Below the pieces are notes generated by a model. That model saw only the letters and a program-made list of their open reading frames with translations. It ran no database searches and was not told the DNA's origin. Shown here in pieces: positions 37,695-51,490 of a stretch of DNA of 64,000 nt; within the stretch, counting starts at the first letter, position 1, and every line of letters begins with the position of its first letter. The stretch lies in NCBI RefSeq assembly GCF_006345805.1, contig NC_042998.1:175894001-175958000 (forward strand), given 5' to 3'. The position numbers were made by a program, and so were the translations under genes. Source of the DNA: Octopus sinensis (Eukaryota).

Positions 37695-37792
37695 AACATA
37701 CACACATGTATATACATACATATATATATATACATACATACTACCTACCTACATACATACATACATGTATATATATATACATATATATACAT

Positions 37793-37831
<39 letters not shown>

Positions 37832-38140
37832 CGCATATGCATACATACATACATACATACACACACACACATATATATAATACATATATATACATATATA
37901 AATATATATATATCATATATAATACGCACATATATATAATATATATACATATTATATATATATAATACACACACATATATATCATATATATTATATGTTA
38001 TATATATGTATATACATCCATTTATTTATATACATATGCATTTATATATGTATGTACATATATATATATATTCATACACACACTATACACGCACATACAC
38101 ACACGCAAACACATACACACACATACATTCATATAAGTAA
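37305..38140. repeat. (ATAC)n/(GT)n/(CA)n/(TA)n microsatellite block
   Basis: Direct reading. Confidence 0.95.
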
Positions 38141-38479
38141 TTAAATAAATAAACAAATAAGCAACTTGAAAAGTTCTTGAAATTTCCAATACAATAAAGA
38201 TGCCAATTTCATTGTAATCATAGGTGGAAGAATTCTTCAGAGCCACAGCAATGGTATTAAATGTAAAATACGCATTGACAGATTTTATGATAAATTTCAA
38301 ATATAATCTATTGGCAGCGTATTGAATTAAGTTTGTTTGTTGGAGCAGTATCAAATGTCTGGACGAGACAGATGTTGCCACATTCACGTGTATGATCGTC
38401 TTGGTGTTGGTGATTCCGTAGGATTCATGGCATATAGTGTAAGCGTGGGTCGCGCGTGCGAGACGTATACAATTGTATT

Positions 38480-38485
38480 TATATG

Positions 38486-38524
<39 letters not shown>

Positions 38525-38540
38525 ATAGCTATATATATAT

Positions 38541-38576
<36 letters not shown>

Positions 38577-38811
38577 ATAATATAATATATATATATAAAC
38601 CCACGCACGCATAGAGGGAGTATATTCTTTCAATATAATAGTCATAAATCATGTTTATATATATCAGATATGTATATATATGGATTCATATACGTGCATA
38701 CGCATGTATATTGGTGCATAGATATTTTATATATAAATGTACATACACATATACACGTGTACGTATACGCATAATGCATACGCATTCACATGCAAATACG
38801 CACACATACAC

Positions 38812-38851
<40 letters not shown>

Positions 38852-39481
38852 ATATATATATATATATATATTTGGTTTTGGTTCGTTTGAAACCTTTTAT
38901 GATGTATGTGTGTGTCTATATATATGTGTGTGTGTGTATATATATATATGTGTGTGTGTGTGTGCGTGTTTACATGTATTTGAGCGTGTGTGGATACATA
39001 TGTACATATATGCATATATGCATATGTGTGTGTGTGTGTTTGTGTGTATATACATATATATATATGTGTGTGTGTGCATATGCGCATGTGTATATTTATG
39101 TATTTACACTCTTACATGCATGTATGTAAACGTGTAAACGCGTTATTTTGTTTGGATGCGTACATTTGTTGTTACGTATACCTGCACGCGCGAGAGGTTG
39201 GCGCTGGGGGTGCAGTAAGAGGGAATCAATATGGCCGCCGATCAATATATTCCAAGATGTTTTTCTCTATCAATGAAGCCGATACTATGGTGACGGAAGA
39301 AATACTAAATAAAAACAAACGAACCAACAACAAAATATAATCACATTCCTTGTGTTACTTGTCACGTGGTATCCAATATTTACAAAAGAAACATCAACAT
39401 TTAAGTCCGTTTCATTCATACGTATACTTATATTTACTCACACACACACACACAGGCATTTTATACATATACATATGTATA

Positions 39482-39518
<37 letters not shown>

Positions 39519-39968
39519 GTATATACACACACACACATATATATATGTATGTGTATACACATAGATGCACGTATACACTCGCATTCACAATAAGATAAAG
39601 GACTAATAAGGAAATATGAAAAAGCTTTAATAAAAAAGATTAAACTCAAACCCAGTCGTCTTTAGTTGAACATAGAAAGAAAAGCCGTTCCCATATGTGT
39701 GTGTGTGTGTGTGTTGGGGTGTTTATGTGTGAGCATATATATATAGAGAGAAGAGGGAGAAAGAGAGAGAGAGAGTGAGAGAGAGAGAGATTGATGAGAG
39801 TTATGTGTGTATGGATTTCAATATACACATTTAATCTAACGCACCCTATATATATAGTAATATATATATATATATATAAAGATATATATATACACATACA
39901 TATATGTATATATATAAACATTATAATATATATGTGTGTGTGTGTCAGTGTATATATATATATCTGTG

Positions 39969-40000
<32 letters not shown>

Positions 40001-40210
40001 CTATATATATATATATATATATATCATATATATATATATATATATACATACACACACATATTATATGTATATATATATACATATACATATATATATACAT
40101 ATACATATATATATAATATGTATACGTATATATATATATATATATATATATACATACATCATACATACATACATACATACCTACATACATACATACATAC
40201 ATGTATATAT
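38480..40210. repeat. Interrupted (TA)n/(TG)n/(CA)n microsatellite field
   Basis: Direct reading; encloses a unique island at about 39130-39430. Confidence 0.9.
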
Positions 40211-41015
40211 ATATTTATATGTTTACAGAAACTAACACATATATTGATATATTCAGAAGCGTTGAATATTTCCAATAAAAGATAAAAAAAAAGTCCCTAA
40301 CTAAAATAACTGCAAGTTCATTTATAGTGCAACATCAAATCAAATAAAATATAATGCTGAGAAACTGTGAAAAATCTAAAAAAAAAAAGAAGATTATAAT
40401 AAACAAATGAAAATAGAAATAAATTCTTCATCTTATTTGGAAGTAGTCCAATATATTGAGTAAGTTTCCTCGACATAACATTCAGAATCTTCCTTTAAAT
40501 CTTTGACATATTAACATACAATGCTTTCCCATATTTCTTGTATATCCATATGAATGTATAAATGTTTTCTGAGAAGTGTTTTCTGTAGATTGGAAGTTTG
40601 GTGTGAATGGTAGATATCGGAGTAAATTTTTAGAGACGTTTAACTTCGGTGTTTTAGAGCAGGCCATATGAGGTACCGAGTTCGTATCATCCTGAATGAT
40701 GAATTATATTTATTCACCACATATGCCATTAGAGATTCAAAGGTATCAGTTACGTGCTGAGGATTAGCTACCTTGATACTAAACTCTTTTGTTGATGCAT
40801 GAACATCACAACAATGGATAATCTTACTCTTAAAATTCAGAACCTTCCTATGTTGTCAAAAGCAAACCAAAAATTTCGAGTTCGATATTTACTTCCAGCT
40901 GTTTAACCAATATCGAGACGATCTATATGAAATGCCTTCCATTCTCGATTCATTTTTCAACACCAATTTATCAAATAAGCCTATTTTTCTAAGGCATTAG
41001 AAATTCGGAGTGAAG

Positions 41016-41330
41016 GCGCGTGGCTTAGTGGTTAGGGTATTCGGCTCACGACCTTACGATCGTGAGTTCAATTCCCGGGACTTGTTGTGTCCTTGAACAA
41101 AGCACTTTATTTCATGTTGCTTCAGTCGCTCATCTGCCAAAAATGAATAGCACCTGTATTTCAAAGGGCCAGACTTATCACATTCTTTGTCACGCTGAAC
41201 TTCCCTGAGAACTACGTTAAGGGTACGCGTGTCTGTGGAGTACTCACTCAGCTGCACGTTAATTTCTTGAGCAAGCTGTTCCATTGATCGGATCAACTGG
41301 AACCCTCGTCGTATTAACCGACGGAATGCC
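41016..41330 (+). mobile_element. tRNA-derived SINE (family C, 3' variant 2)
   Basis: Reverse complement of 28105-28422 with scattered substitutions. Confidence 0.88.
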
Positions 41331-41724
41331 AGAAACTTGGTTGCTATTTCTAGCAGGTTGAGCGACTACGCAGAGGCTTCTTAGTCCCGAGTCAAGACCA
41401 CCGTTTGGTTGCAAGCAATTTCATTTCATCTACTCCAATAATATCCTTAGAAATGTCATGAACTTCAAATCGCCATATTTTCCACCTCGTCGAATTGTAG
41501 ATTAATCAACCTAATTAGAAGAAACTAATTTTACTTGCTTTCATTATTGGACTGCAGCCATATAGGAGAGGGTGGGGCTCTGCCCTGAAGGCTTTTCGTC
41601 GAGCAGATCAACCCCAGCATTTATTTTTTAAAAGCCTGGTACTTATTCTATCAGTTTCTTTGCCGAACCGCACTATACAACGGGAACGTCAACAAGCCAA
41701 CAACGGCTGACGAGTGGTGGGTGA

Positions 41725-41781
<57 letters not shown>

Positions 41782-41802
41782 GCGCGCACACACACACACA
41801 CG

Positions 41803-41835
<33 letters not shown>

Positions 41836-42270
41836 ACACACGCATTATTAGTACAAACAAGACAAAAGGAGCGAATGATAAAGCATGAACAATATTTCAA
41901 AGTGGGGCATTGTTCTGCATGCTGAGTCTGGAGCAAAGAAAAGGGCCTGTGACCCCTTGCAGGTCCCTGAGACTGATGAGTTTGATGTCGTTAATGTTCC
42001 GTTTAAACACTTGCAGGTCAACACCAGTAGAAAAGATATGAATGGGGAGGAAGTTCCTAGGGATAATGTATGAAGGACGAGGGATTGGGTTAGTGATTAG
42101 GTAGGGGAAAAAGTGGTTGGATGAATCAAGGGTGACGGGAAGTGGAGAGAAGGGTTGGTCGAGTGTGTCTGAGTAGGAGTGTTACTAGACAAGCCAGATT
42201 CGAGGAGCAAAACCCACTATAATAGCGAGTGAAAAAAGGGAGAGAGAGGAAAAGAAGAAGAGGAAGAGTA

Positions 42271-42311
<41 letters not shown>

Positions 42312-42399
42312 AATAGGGAGAGTGAGAGTGAGAGAGAGAGAGAGAGAGAGGAAAAGAAGAAGAGAAAGAGTAAGGGAGAGAGAAGAGGAGGGAGTAGAA

Positions 42400-43600
42400 A
42401 CATCATTTCTGTTAACCAGAAACTGGAGTGTGCCCGTTGGTGATGGAATGTCAATCAGCCGAATGGCTCTTCTCCAATAACAATCCAGAAAGTCAGTGTG
42501 CGTGCCAGTAGCACCATCCCAGATGTAAACGCAGAACTCAATGTAGGTCTCAATTGTGCCTTGTAGTGTCGGCAGCTGTTGGTGACTGAAATGTATTCTG
42601 GTTATATTTTCTGGGATGCGGTCCTAGCTATGCTAAAGTTGTGCTTTTGTCAAGAGAAATCCTCGGTAAAAGTGAAACCCAGCATTTGGAGCAAAGGTGA
42701 AGGGTCGAGTCGAAGGGATGAGGTGTTTTCTTAATATAAGTAGTGCTTGAGCTTTTTTGGAAGTTAAGAGATAAAGTACGCATGACTCCGTAGGAGATTG
42801 CTCCGTTTATGGAATCAATACCGATCTGGCGTGTGATATTTAGGTTGCATGTAAATAATGCATGGTTAAGAATGAAGGATCCTGACATTTGCATAAACGG
42901 TGTTGTCGGATTTGGTGGAAAGTAGGTCATTAATGCATCGAAGAAAGAGAGTCAGGGACAGCACCGAAGTCTATCGAACGCAAGAGTTGATTGAAAATGA
43001 AACAGAATGAACTCCGTCAACATATGCTGAAGCGGTGCGATCTGATCCAAGAGATAAGAGATAGGCTACCGATCCAAGGGATAAGAAATAGATGGCGAGT
43101 AGAAGGATGTTGTAAGGTTGGTAGAGATTCTCTAGACAAGGGATCGGTTTGTAGGTCATACGATGTACAAATGTATCAGTTAATTCAACCGATGGTTGTC
43201 TCGTAGGTGTTGCAGGGATAGATAAACACCTTCCAGTTTTCTGATAGAGAGAGATTCCCTCCACGTGCTGTATATAGTGTTCATCACTCGAAGTTAAGAG
43301 TTGAGGGATTTATTTAAGGGGTTTGAAAGATGTGGATAAACACACTTAAAACAATAGTGTAAGTTATCTGCTTAGCTAAAGGTGGTCAGCATACAGTAAT
43401 GAAATTGAAACCTGAACTACGAAAGGTTTCGAGGAGAGCACGGCGTGTAGCAAGGTGATGTGAGGTGGGTTGCCTTAATCAAGCTCAAAAGGTAAGGATT
43501 AGATGCTTTCATCGACCAGAGACGGTCATTTATGTGCAAATGGGCGGAAAACGTTGAATTTGGGACTGTGCCGAATAATTTCTCTGAAATAAAGCAGTCT
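42400..43600 (-). mobile_element. Heavily decayed APE-type LINE RT (Jockey/CR1 supergroup)
   Basis: SDRTASAYVDG..S.SINS, SVLSLTLFLRCINDLLS..NTVYAN, YKAQLRPTL..C..IWDG across frameshifts. Confidence 0.7.
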
Positions 43601-44699
43601 TTCATCTATGATCACCCATCAAATGCTACAACTGATATAATTAAGTCCAGGCATACCATAGGCTAGGTAGCTGTTTGACATTATATTAATTGTCGTCTTA
43701 GGTACCAGAGACGCGGCATTGAAAGGGTAACTAAATTATAGTAATTATATAAGCTGTAACTAAAAAATTTAACGTGAAACAAAATTACACTATACACAAC
43801 AGTTCTTTAATGAAGATTAAATTATTGATATTTTACCATGTTTGAAGGCTTCATGCAAAGCAGAGCACAGGAAAGTGTAAAAGCAATAAGACAATAAAAA
43901 AAACAACAATAGAATGAGATAAGGGAAATAATTCAAATGAGTCAATGGTGTGAATTTGTATAAATAAATTAAAGAGTCATACATTAAACACTGGATGCAA
44001 GACATTCTTAGTTGACTGAAATTTCCTTTTTAGCTGGAGAAAGAAAACAAAGGCCTAGTGACAATTTTAGTGACTTCTAAAGAAAAAGAGAGATAATTTT
44101 AAAAAAGATCAAGAATTAATAAGTCAAAGTTTATTTACATGCTCAGGAAAATGTGTGATCTTTGCAGGCAAGGGACAACTAAAGACATGTTTTTGTCTTG
44201 TAGACTTAAGCCTGTAACATAAGTTGACACATTTTTTTTTTAAATACAGAAAAAGAGTTTGTGAAAATTTTGTGTTGTAAATTAGTTTGATGTGAGAGCA
44301 TGCATGTCATTTTCTTGCGCTTTACCGATTCTTTCAATCTACCTTTCTAAATAAATATTGGAAAATACCTTGAATCTGGTTGAGTCGATGGATGCAAAGT
44401 TTGCTTTTTGTTAGAGGAAACATTCTGGTATTGTTGAATAAGAGTGATCTCCTGCTGGCAGCTGATGTTGATGTGTTCCCCAAGGTCAGTCCTACTCAAG
44501 CAGTTTTATGGCATAAAGGTTGTCGGTCGAAGTGCGACTCACAAATCAATTTTCTTAGTGATACCGCGTCTTCTTATGAGGATCACACTACGCTCGTCTA
44601 CATGCATTGAAGAATAGCATGAAGTGCAGCGTGTCAGTGTGAACATATTGCATTCTCTTCAATGTTTAGTCTATTCCTCTTCACACAAAATTATTGTGG

Positions 44700-46110
44700 T
44701 GGCCACAGTGGAGGTGAACGTGGTTGTTATTGCTACTCTGTACTTATAGCTGGTAGTGTGCATTGTATATTACAACGTAGCAAGATCAGTGAAGCTGCTG
44801 ATGTTGCCTGTTTCTGTGTGTATGTGTTCATTATGCTTGTATATGTTCATTATGCTTGTATATGTTCATTATGCTTGTATGTGTTCATTATGCTTGTATG
44901 TGTTCATTATGCTTTTAGAAAGATTTTTTTATATATGTATCTTTATGTTTGGAAGGCATTTAATGTGGTAGTGATTGGCTGGTTGAGCTACAGCAAACTG
45001 TACCAGTCGAGGAGGTCTATTATTTTTAGCATTTTGTTTTTGTTGTGTAAGTGGCCAGGAGGTTTGGTGCACTGTTTTGTGACGTGTAGTACACTGTTTG
45101 TCCTCTTTGAGTTTGTTGTGCTTTGTTGTAAAGAAAATTGGGGCCCAGGCAGGCCTGACACAGTCCGTGATTTAATATGTTGCTTGTACACCATTGTTGT
45201 TGCGTCTTTCTGTTATGAAATGACACCTTTACTGCTTGTGCATAGTCTTGCGTTTTTTATTATGTCTTCTATGCGTTGCAAATGTTGTGGAGGACTTGTA
45301 TGTAATTCCTAATATTTTTGTCTTCTGTGTGTGTCTTGCGCGCGCTCGGTATATGTACACTGTCGAGTGAGGTAGTTGGTTGTATTTGATTTAATTTATG
45401 CCCTAATTTGAATCTGTCGAGGAATCAAGTTTCTGAGTGATCTAAATAGACTCGGAGTGGTTGTAGAGCAGTGTTTGAAAAATGGTGGGAGAATGTGTGA
45501 TATCATTTGTCTACGAGAGGCTGTACGTATGTTTTGCGGTGGTGTAAGCATAAAGTGAAAATTGTGAGTGAACGGACAGATCCCCTTGATACACTATTTA
45601 CAGGTTCTGAAGTTTGGTACACTGAATAGGTTTGGCAGCCTAAGAAATTGCTTGATAGAGTTGTATGTTATTTCCTAAGGTGGTGCTGAGTATTTTTTTG
45701 TATGAGCGGAGAGCGGGGAACAGAGTCGAAAGCTTTACTGCTGAGTTGATGATAGAATGACACGTGTAAGAAGTGTTAGCGAATCCATCGTATATTTTCC
45801 GTCACATATGTAAATAGTGTGGTGATCGATTCTAGTTGTGATTTGACGCTGAATTTAATCACAACACGAAGTAGTTACAGATGTTAGGAATGAATTTATC
45901 TAGAGGTTTTGAGGGTGTGTACAAGATGATGGATCTCCAAAAGTAGTTTCAAGAGGGATTTTGTTACGTTTAGAAGTCTCAGTTTTGTCCAGCTTCTTGA
46001 TTCTGTAAATGTAAAAAATGCTAGGTCGAGAAGTTTTAGGTGTATGTTTGTGATTTCGTCTGGCCCTGAGTATTTGGGAGTTTTAAAATTTCCTTACTGG
46101 TTCATGAGGT
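44700..46110 (-). mobile_element. Decayed LINE RT (I/Jockey-like)
   Basis: KYSGPDEITNIHLKLL, SKAFDSVP, a QG.SV..L.F-like block and VYKQHIKS on the minus strand. Confidence 0.65.
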
Positions 46111-46485
46111 ATCAGATGAAATTTATAACCAAGGTGGATGCGGCATATATCTATATCTATATCTATCTGGCACGTATGAATGACGAAGCTACCTTGAGTA
46201 AATTTAAAACAGAGGGTTACCTACTTGCAAGCAAATGTGGTAACATGTAACATTATTGACCGAGGTTACCGTGGTCTTTTCCGTAGGCTTTTCTTCTCCC
46301 GGATAAATCTTATCTGCTTCCCCCTTTACATTTTATATCATGACACTGTGATACACGATCCCTATTGATCGTTTTTTTGTGTTTTTCTTCTTTCCCTTTT
46401 ACGATCCCTTTTGATCGAAAACCTATCTCACCTTTTTCTTTCTTTTTTCCTTTTTTTTTCTCTTCCCAAAAAAGAAAACCGCCGA

Positions 46486-46622
46486 GGTCGACTTTGCCTT
46501 TCGGGGTCGATAAATTAAGTACCAGTTACGCACTGGGGTCGATGTAATCGACTTAATCCGTTTGTCTGTCCTTGTTTGTCCCCTCTGTGTTTAGCCCCTT
46601 GTGGGTAGTAAAGAAATAGGTA
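46486..46622 (+). mobile_element. Family-B SINE, 5'-truncated, low divergence
   Basis: CGCCGAGGTCGACTTTGCCTTTCGGGGTCGATAAATTAAGTACCAG...GTGGGTAGTAAAGAAATAGGTAT. Confidence 0.85.
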
Positions 46623-47017
46623 TATATTGGATACAAGTGTTAGCCAGTTTTCTATTTTGCTATGATTTATTATATTGCCAGTTTAGCCAATAATTATTAT
46701 ATTTTATTTTCTTGTTTAGTTCGAGGCTGACTTTTGGTATAGTGTAGTTTTGTTGTGTCGTGTTTGAGGTTCTTTCTGGTTTTAATGAGACCTATTTCTG
46801 GTGTGTAATTATTAATGTTGCCTCATGGGGTGTATATAATTTTAAATGCATCAAGAATTATTTTGTAGATTCCATTTCTTGGATTTCATTTCTTGGTGGA
46901 ACTCATTGTACTGTACATTTTTGTTTTGCTCTGTTCATTCGTGTACGAGTGTTTTGTGATGAAAATTGGTAGGTGATCCGAAAAGAAAGTTGTTAAAGAA
47001 TTTTTCGTCTATTGGCT

Positions 47018-47057
<40 letters not shown>

Positions 47058-47265
47058 CAGCTAGGTGTGGAGAGGAGCAAGTCATGCCAAGAGAAGAGTT
47101 TTGGCGAGATATGTGTACGTGTATTGGTGTGGATTGTTTACCACGTAAAGAGAGTGTGCTTTGTGTCACTACCCGTCACCCGATCGGTACCATTTTGATA
47201 CCCGGAGGTGTTAAGTACATTGACGTTTCCCTCAATAAATGCGTTTGCGAGAGTGTTAGCTAGTT

Positions 47266-47331
47266 GACACACACACAAACACACACACACGCACACACAC
47301 ACACACACATACACACACACACACACATACA

Positions 47332-47372
<41 letters not shown>

Positions 47373-47816
47373 ATTCATATATGTGTGTGCAAGCATGTAA
47401 TGGCCTGCTTTTATACATACCCAGTATACATATGCATATAAGAAGTGTTGCAAATTTGTGTATGCACATGTATATGTAATCATATATGTATTAAGCATGT
47501 ATATATATATATATAAATATAAATATATATACATACATACACATATATATTTGCATGCATAAATATATACACACACACTACATGCATAGATACATATATA
47601 TATATATATATATGAATGAGTTTAAGTTTATAATGATTTTAAGTATATATACATGAACATATATGCCAAACTCTTGTACTGTTTCCATTTATCAAATCCT
47701 ACTCGAACGGTATTAATCAACCTGATGCTATAGACGACACTTGACCAAGGTACAACGCGAACTTCTAAATAGCCATACCTGCAGGCAGAAGTATCTAGCA
47801 TCTAATATCTAATATC

Positions 47817-47910
<94 letters not shown>

Positions 47911-47999
47911 ACACACACACACACGCAAACACAACTACTCACACACACATACATACACATGTACACCCACGCTCACACCATGTATAATGAATATTTATC

Positions 48000-48030
<31 letters not shown>

Positions 48031-48102
48031 CCATCCATCTATCCATCCGTCTGTTTGTCTGTCTGTCTGTCTACATACATACGTACATAGTACATACAAG
48101 CA

Positions 48103-48149
<47 letters not shown>

Positions 48150-48240
48150 CACACGTATATATGTATATATTTATATGTTTTCTATATATACATACACATT
48201 CACACACACACACACACACACAAGCATGTACTAAAACATA
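47266..48240. repeat. (CA)n/(TA)n/(GA)n/(CTAT)n microsatellite field
   Basis: Direct reading. Confidence 0.92.
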
Positions 48241-49083
48241 CAAACCATAATATGAATATATATAAACAGGACTAGTATTTAATACGGAAAAAAAAAAATT
48301 CTCAGTGTTGTCTAGTCTATATGTACTGCCATAGCCAGCAGACTTTTCATTGATCGAGCGTTCTTGCAATGACGTCATTTCTCTGACTCAAATCGATTTT
48401 CTTTGCAGCACGACCGATTCCAGACAACAACCCACATGTCTATTGACTAATTACACGAAAGAAAGGAAGGAAAAAATAATAATCTGTTTGCAAAGAATTC
48501 ATCGAAAACCTCTGGAAAAGCATTAAAAAAAAACCCCGCCACATGAATTATTGCAGTGGGTTATGGGGCAAGCGTGAAAAAAATAAAGGGGGCGGTAAAA
48601 ACATAAAAGCGAGAAATGATTCAGATTTGCTTCATAATTCTTGTATATGTGTGTGGCAATATTAATATAATGTTATCGTTGCCTTTGTTCTTTTGGCTAA
48701 ATCGTTACAGAGTCGGATAAAGTGACTTGCAGTATTTTTATAGGCTCCTCACATTCTCCGTTCAAATCATGCTGAGGTCAGCTTTTCTGTTTATGTTTCC
48801 GGAGCTGAATAGATGAAGTACTAGCCATTTACTGGGATAGATATAAACAACTAAATCGCATCGCTCAAAATGTGAGGTCTTGTGTTTATGTTATGGACAC
48901 TCATTATCGTCACCATTATTACGAGTGCGGTAAAATCAATAGAAAGGCAGTGGTGACGTAAAGTCGGTGGAGCGGTAGTACTTAGTTACATCCCTTTAGT
49001 TTCTGAGTTCAAATCCTGTCAAGTTCCTTTACTTTCCATTGTTTAGCGAGACGATAAAACGAATTACACTCAATTATACATAT

Positions 49084-49495
49084 ACCTATTTCTTTATTAC
49101 CCACAAGGGGCTAAACATAGAGGGGACAAACAAGGACAGACATAGGTATTAAGTCGATTACATCGGCCCCAGTGCGTAACTGGTACTTATTTAATCGATC
49201 CCGAAAGGATGAAAGGTAAAGTCGACCTCGGCGGAATTTGAACTCAACGTAAAGACAGACGAAATACCCATTTCTTTATTACCCACAAGGGGCTAAACAC
49301 AGAGGGGACAAACAAGGACAGACATAGGTATTAAGTCGATTACATCGACCCCAGTGCGTAACTGGTACTTAATTTATCGACCTCGAAAGGATGAAAGGCA
49401 AAGTCGACCTCGGCGGAATTTGAACTCAACGTAACGCAGACGAAATACCGCTAAACATTTCGCCCGGCGTGCTAACGTTTCTGCCGGCTCGCCAC
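49084..49495 (-). mobile_element. Family-B SINE tandem dimer
   Basis: Two near-identical bodies (49084-49260 and 49261-49450) joined through a GGTATTTCGTC microhomology. Confidence 0.9.
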
Positions 49496-50026
49496 GTTCT
49501 AAACATTTCGCCCGGCGTGCTAACGTTTCTGCCGGCTCGCCACCTTCGAAACATTTCGCCCGGCGCGCTAACGTTTCTGCCGGCTCGCCACCTTCTAAAC
49601 ATTTCGCCCGGCGTGCTAACGTTTCTGCCGGCTCGCCACCTTCGAAACATTTCGCCCGGCGTGCTAACGTTTCTGCCGGCTCGCCACCTTCGAAACATTT
49701 CGCCCGGCGTGCTAACGTTTCTGCAGGCTCGCCACCTTCTAAACATTTCGCCCGACGTGCTAACGTTTCTGCCGGCTCGCCACCTTCTAAACATTTCGCC
49801 CGACGTGCTAACGTTTCTGCCGGCCCGCCACCTTCGAAACATTTCGCCCGGCGTGCTAACGTTTCTGCCGGCTCGCCACCTTCGAAACATTTCGCCCGGC
49901 GTGCTAACGTTTCTGCCGGCTCGCCACCTTCTAAACATTTCGCCCGGCGTGCTAACGTTTCTGCCGGCTCGCCACCTTCTAAACATTTCGCCCGGCGTGC
50001 TAACGTTTCTGCCGGCTCGCCACCTT
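49451..50026 (-). repeat. Minisatellite: 12 x 48-bp copies of the family-B SINE 5' head
   Basis: AAACATTTCG starts at 49453 and every 48 bp up to 49981. Confidence 0.97.
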
Positions 50027-50139
50027 GTACCTTGGCATGGTTGTAGAGTCAAAGAGTTTGTCACACAGCCCACTGGTTGGAGTTCGATCTCACTGCGATT
50101 CCTTTGCTAGATGTCTTCTATCACACTCTCATATATCTG

Positions 50140-51261
50140 TCCGTGTGCATGTATGTGTGTATATGTATGTATGTAAGTATGTATGTATGCATGTATATAT
50201 GTATGTATATATATGCATGCATGTATGTCTGTGTGTGTATGTAGTATGTAGGTGTTACTGTGTATATTTATGTAGACATACATATACATATATGTGTGTA
50301 TATGTATGTTTATGTATGTATATATATGTATGTGTATATACTTCTATAATATTTATGCATATGTACGTGCATATATATATATATATACATACACACACAT
50401 ACACACATATATATGTATATACATACATAATACATACATACATACATATATATATATATATATTGGCCTGCTTCCTTAGCCAGCGGGGTGGCGTAGTTTG
50501 AAGGTTAAAACAATCCGAAGCGCATTGTGACCAACGATGTGTAGCAACATCTGATAGCCTGGTCGGTCACGGTGGTCACAGTGATATATATATATATATA
50601 TATAATGCTTACTTTATGCACAAAAGAACTGAAATAAATTTAGATATAAATCCTCACTGTGAGTTAAATAAGAATGTAAGCGCATTTACCTATGCTATTG
50701 ATGTACAGAAAAAAGTTAGAGAGAGTCCCACGATGGATGATGTTACTAATGTGCCGGTTTAATTTATAGCTGCTTTATATCAAAATATGCTGTTGATTAA
50801 GGCAAGAAGCTGAGTATCACTTCTCTGACGAGCTTCACAAACGTGAAATGGTATAGAGAAATGGTCTAGAGACTCTCTCCTTTTTCTACAATCAATAGTA
50901 TAGAAAATTTTTTATTTAATACACAGAGGGACTTTGCAATCTTTAACTTCTTTTCAGTTCTTCTGTGTTACACACGAAAATGGATGGATATCATTTAATT
51001 AATGGGAAACCACCTGCTACCCGCTTACGAGTTGGCCTAGTTTGTGATTGTTTTATATATCAGTTGATATGTACTGTTGGTTAGTGGAAAAGAACCTGTG
51101 CACTTCTGGTGTAAAGAGAAAAAAACAAACAATGAAACAGTCCAAACATCTCTCTTTTTTCCGAACATTAACAGCATAGAAAGAATATATTTACATTCTT
51201 ATTTAATTCAAAATTAAGGCTTTGTAATATATATTATATAATATGTATATCTCTCTATATA

Positions 51262-51333
<72 letters not shown>

Positions 51334-51364
51334 TACATTCATACATATGTACATACCTGCATAC

Positions 51365-51395
<31 letters not shown>

Positions 51396-51490
51396 CATAC
51401 ATACATACGTACATACATACATACATACATACATACATACATACATAATACATACATACATACATACATACATACATACATACATACTGT
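50140..51490. repeat. (TATG)n/(TA)n/(ATAC)n microsatellite tracts
   Basis: Tracts at about 50140-50465 and 51240-51487. Confidence 0.85.

Noticed and set aside
38022-38480. Long open minus frame (…ICHESYGITNTKTIIHVNVATS…) with a faint Ig-strand resemblance
   Set aside because: No usable acceptor upstream, a poor donor, and both ends run into microsatellites.
41016-41090. tRNA gene (also 20800-20873, 28350-28422)
   Set aside because: A and B boxes are present, but there is no closing acceptor stem and the sequence continues into a SINE body.
44662-45312. 216-aa Cys-rich plus-strand ORF
   Set aside because: It is the antisense of a decayed LINE plus a short TTCATTATGCTTGTAT tandem repeat.
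46345-46425. Two CGATC-N6-GATCG hairpins, one followed by AAAAC
   Set aside because: No CUGANGA-like segment precedes either hairpin; left unexplained.
49426-50110. 213-aa and 215-aa ORFs on opposite strands with 16-aa repeats
   Set aside because: A consequence of a stop-free 48-bp SINE-head unit; no evidence of coding function.
50821-50860. CTGACGA...GAAA hammerhead candidate
   Set aside because: No stem II closing onto GAAA, and no UH triplet in register with a stem I partner.
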